Assembly (NCBI GenBank): GCA_964430885.1
Contig: CAYSHM010000036.1
Location: forward strand, 1-17,848
Length of the DNA stretch: 17,848 bases
Origin: an uncultured archaeon
Lineage (GTDB): Archaea > Thermoplasmatota > Penumbrarchaeia > JASLWR01
Direction of reading: 5' to 3'
Of this stretch, positions 16,784 to 17,848 are shown piece by piece. Each line of letters begins with the position of its first letter. Positions within the stretch are counted from its first letter, which is position 1. A program made the position numbers and the translations under genes. The notes below the pieces were generated by a model, which ran no database searches, was not told the origin of the DNA, and worked only from the letters and a program-made list of their open reading frames with translations.

Positions 16784-16999
16784 TTATATTTCCCTTGTTT
16801 CATACTGGAACCATTTGGCCTTTTTTATATGTATGTCGTGAGTGCAGATATGGTCCAAGAGGTTCTTTTTCAGATTGTAGCTTTTACCGAAATAGATGGT
16901 ATTTAGGTTGCTGTTGGCCAGTTTGTATATGCCGGATTGTTTGGGCACTTCATGCACATTTTCCTCAGAAAACTCAAGCCAAATCCTTTTTCTCCTCAT
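16784..16999 (-). pseudogene. Short GIY-YIG-like protein, C-terminally truncated or degenerate
   Basis: VPKQSGIYKL...IYFGKSYNLKKNLLDH; SD GAGGTGA at 17006-17012 and TATA at 17051-17058. Lacks the conserved Arg and the C-terminal Glu helix. Confidence 0.6.
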
Positions 17000-17155
17000 A
17001 ACTCATCACCTCATTCACTTCGTCTCTGATATTAATATGCGTCAAAGGACTATATAAATTCTCTAGGACACCTTTTTAGTCAAGTCATGGGAAATTTACC
17101 CTTAATCAGGTAATCATTAAAGGATTAAATAATAAGTCCTGGATAGGTCGAATCT

Positions 17156-17848
17156 ATGATCGAAACAACACCGATACTGGAAAAAATGCACGGCGACAAA
17201 GAGGACATGATGAACTATGAGAGCGTTAACAGGTGGATCACACAGCAGATAAGAAGATCGGCTTCATATTTAACAAGGAATAACTACCTGAGGATACTGA
17301 TCAGATACTGCAAATGGTACGGCAAGGACCCCGATGAAATAATAGATGATCGTATGGAAGATCTTAAGAGTGATGATAAAAGGATCCAGTCAAGACATGA
17401 GGAGAGACTTATGAAATATTTTCAGGAGCTGGATGAAGATGTGAGCCGAAATACGGCCATTACACATTTTAATTCTGTTAAATCCTTTTATATGGGGAAT
17501 TATGCCCCCCTGAATATCAGAGAACCTAAAAGATGGACAACCTTCACAGATAAGGTACCGACACTGTGTGAGTTCAGAAAGATGGTAGAGGTAGCTGAAA
17601 GCCCTATGCAGAAAGCTTTATTGCTGTTCTCTGCACAATCTGGCCAGAGAGGGAATATAATATCCTCCCTTCGCTACGGGATGCTCGAAGATACTATAGA
17701 GGGAAGGACAGAGGTTCCGGCCACTATTCATATTCCCGGTGGTATAGAGAACTTCAAGGGAAAGATGATAAACAAGAATCGTAAGGATTATTATTTTGGC
17801 TCCTCGTAAGAATTTGTGCAAGTTCTTGATTATTTTTCAATCGATATA
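17156..17848 (+). pseudogene. Archaeal-type tyrosine recombinase/integrase interrupted by TAA at 17807-17809 (runs off the window)
   Basis: N-terminal core-binding domain (TRNNYLRILIRYC, SRNTAITHFNSVKSFY), then PTLCEFRKMVE and box I KALLLFSAQSGQR. The HxxR and Tyr motifs are absent before the stop; the frame stays open after it (EFVQVLDYFSIDI). Confidence 0.75.

Overview
Archaeal chromosomal window, most likely an uncultured Thermoplasmatota/Thermoplasmata-like lineage (inferred from PolD DP2, archaeal-type ribB-ribL-ribC-ribH, TATA/BRE promoters and a longin-like C-terminal domain). The GC-richer core (about 880-11500) holds two hypotheticals, a HEAT-repeat fusion protein, a stand-alone hypF, an intein-free DNA polymerase II large subunit and a four-gene riboflavin/FAD cluster. 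The left edge has a MazG-like pyrophosphatase missed by the ORF track and a cold-shock gene. The AT-richer right part (about 11500-17848) looks accessory and partly decaying. It contains a receiver + longin-like response regulator coupled to a PAS kinase lacking its HisKA domain and N-box, an alpha/beta-hydrolase fused to 4 TM helices, a Cys-rich 4Fe-4S protein, a YhhQ-family preQ0/preQ1 transporter, a truncated GIY-YIG-like ORF, and a tyrosine recombinase interrupted by an in-frame stop. No rRNA, tRNA or CRISPR array was seen. The best candidates for undescribed biology are the REC-longin/PAS-pseudokinase pair and the hydrolase-4TM fusion; both are hypotheses from motif reading only.
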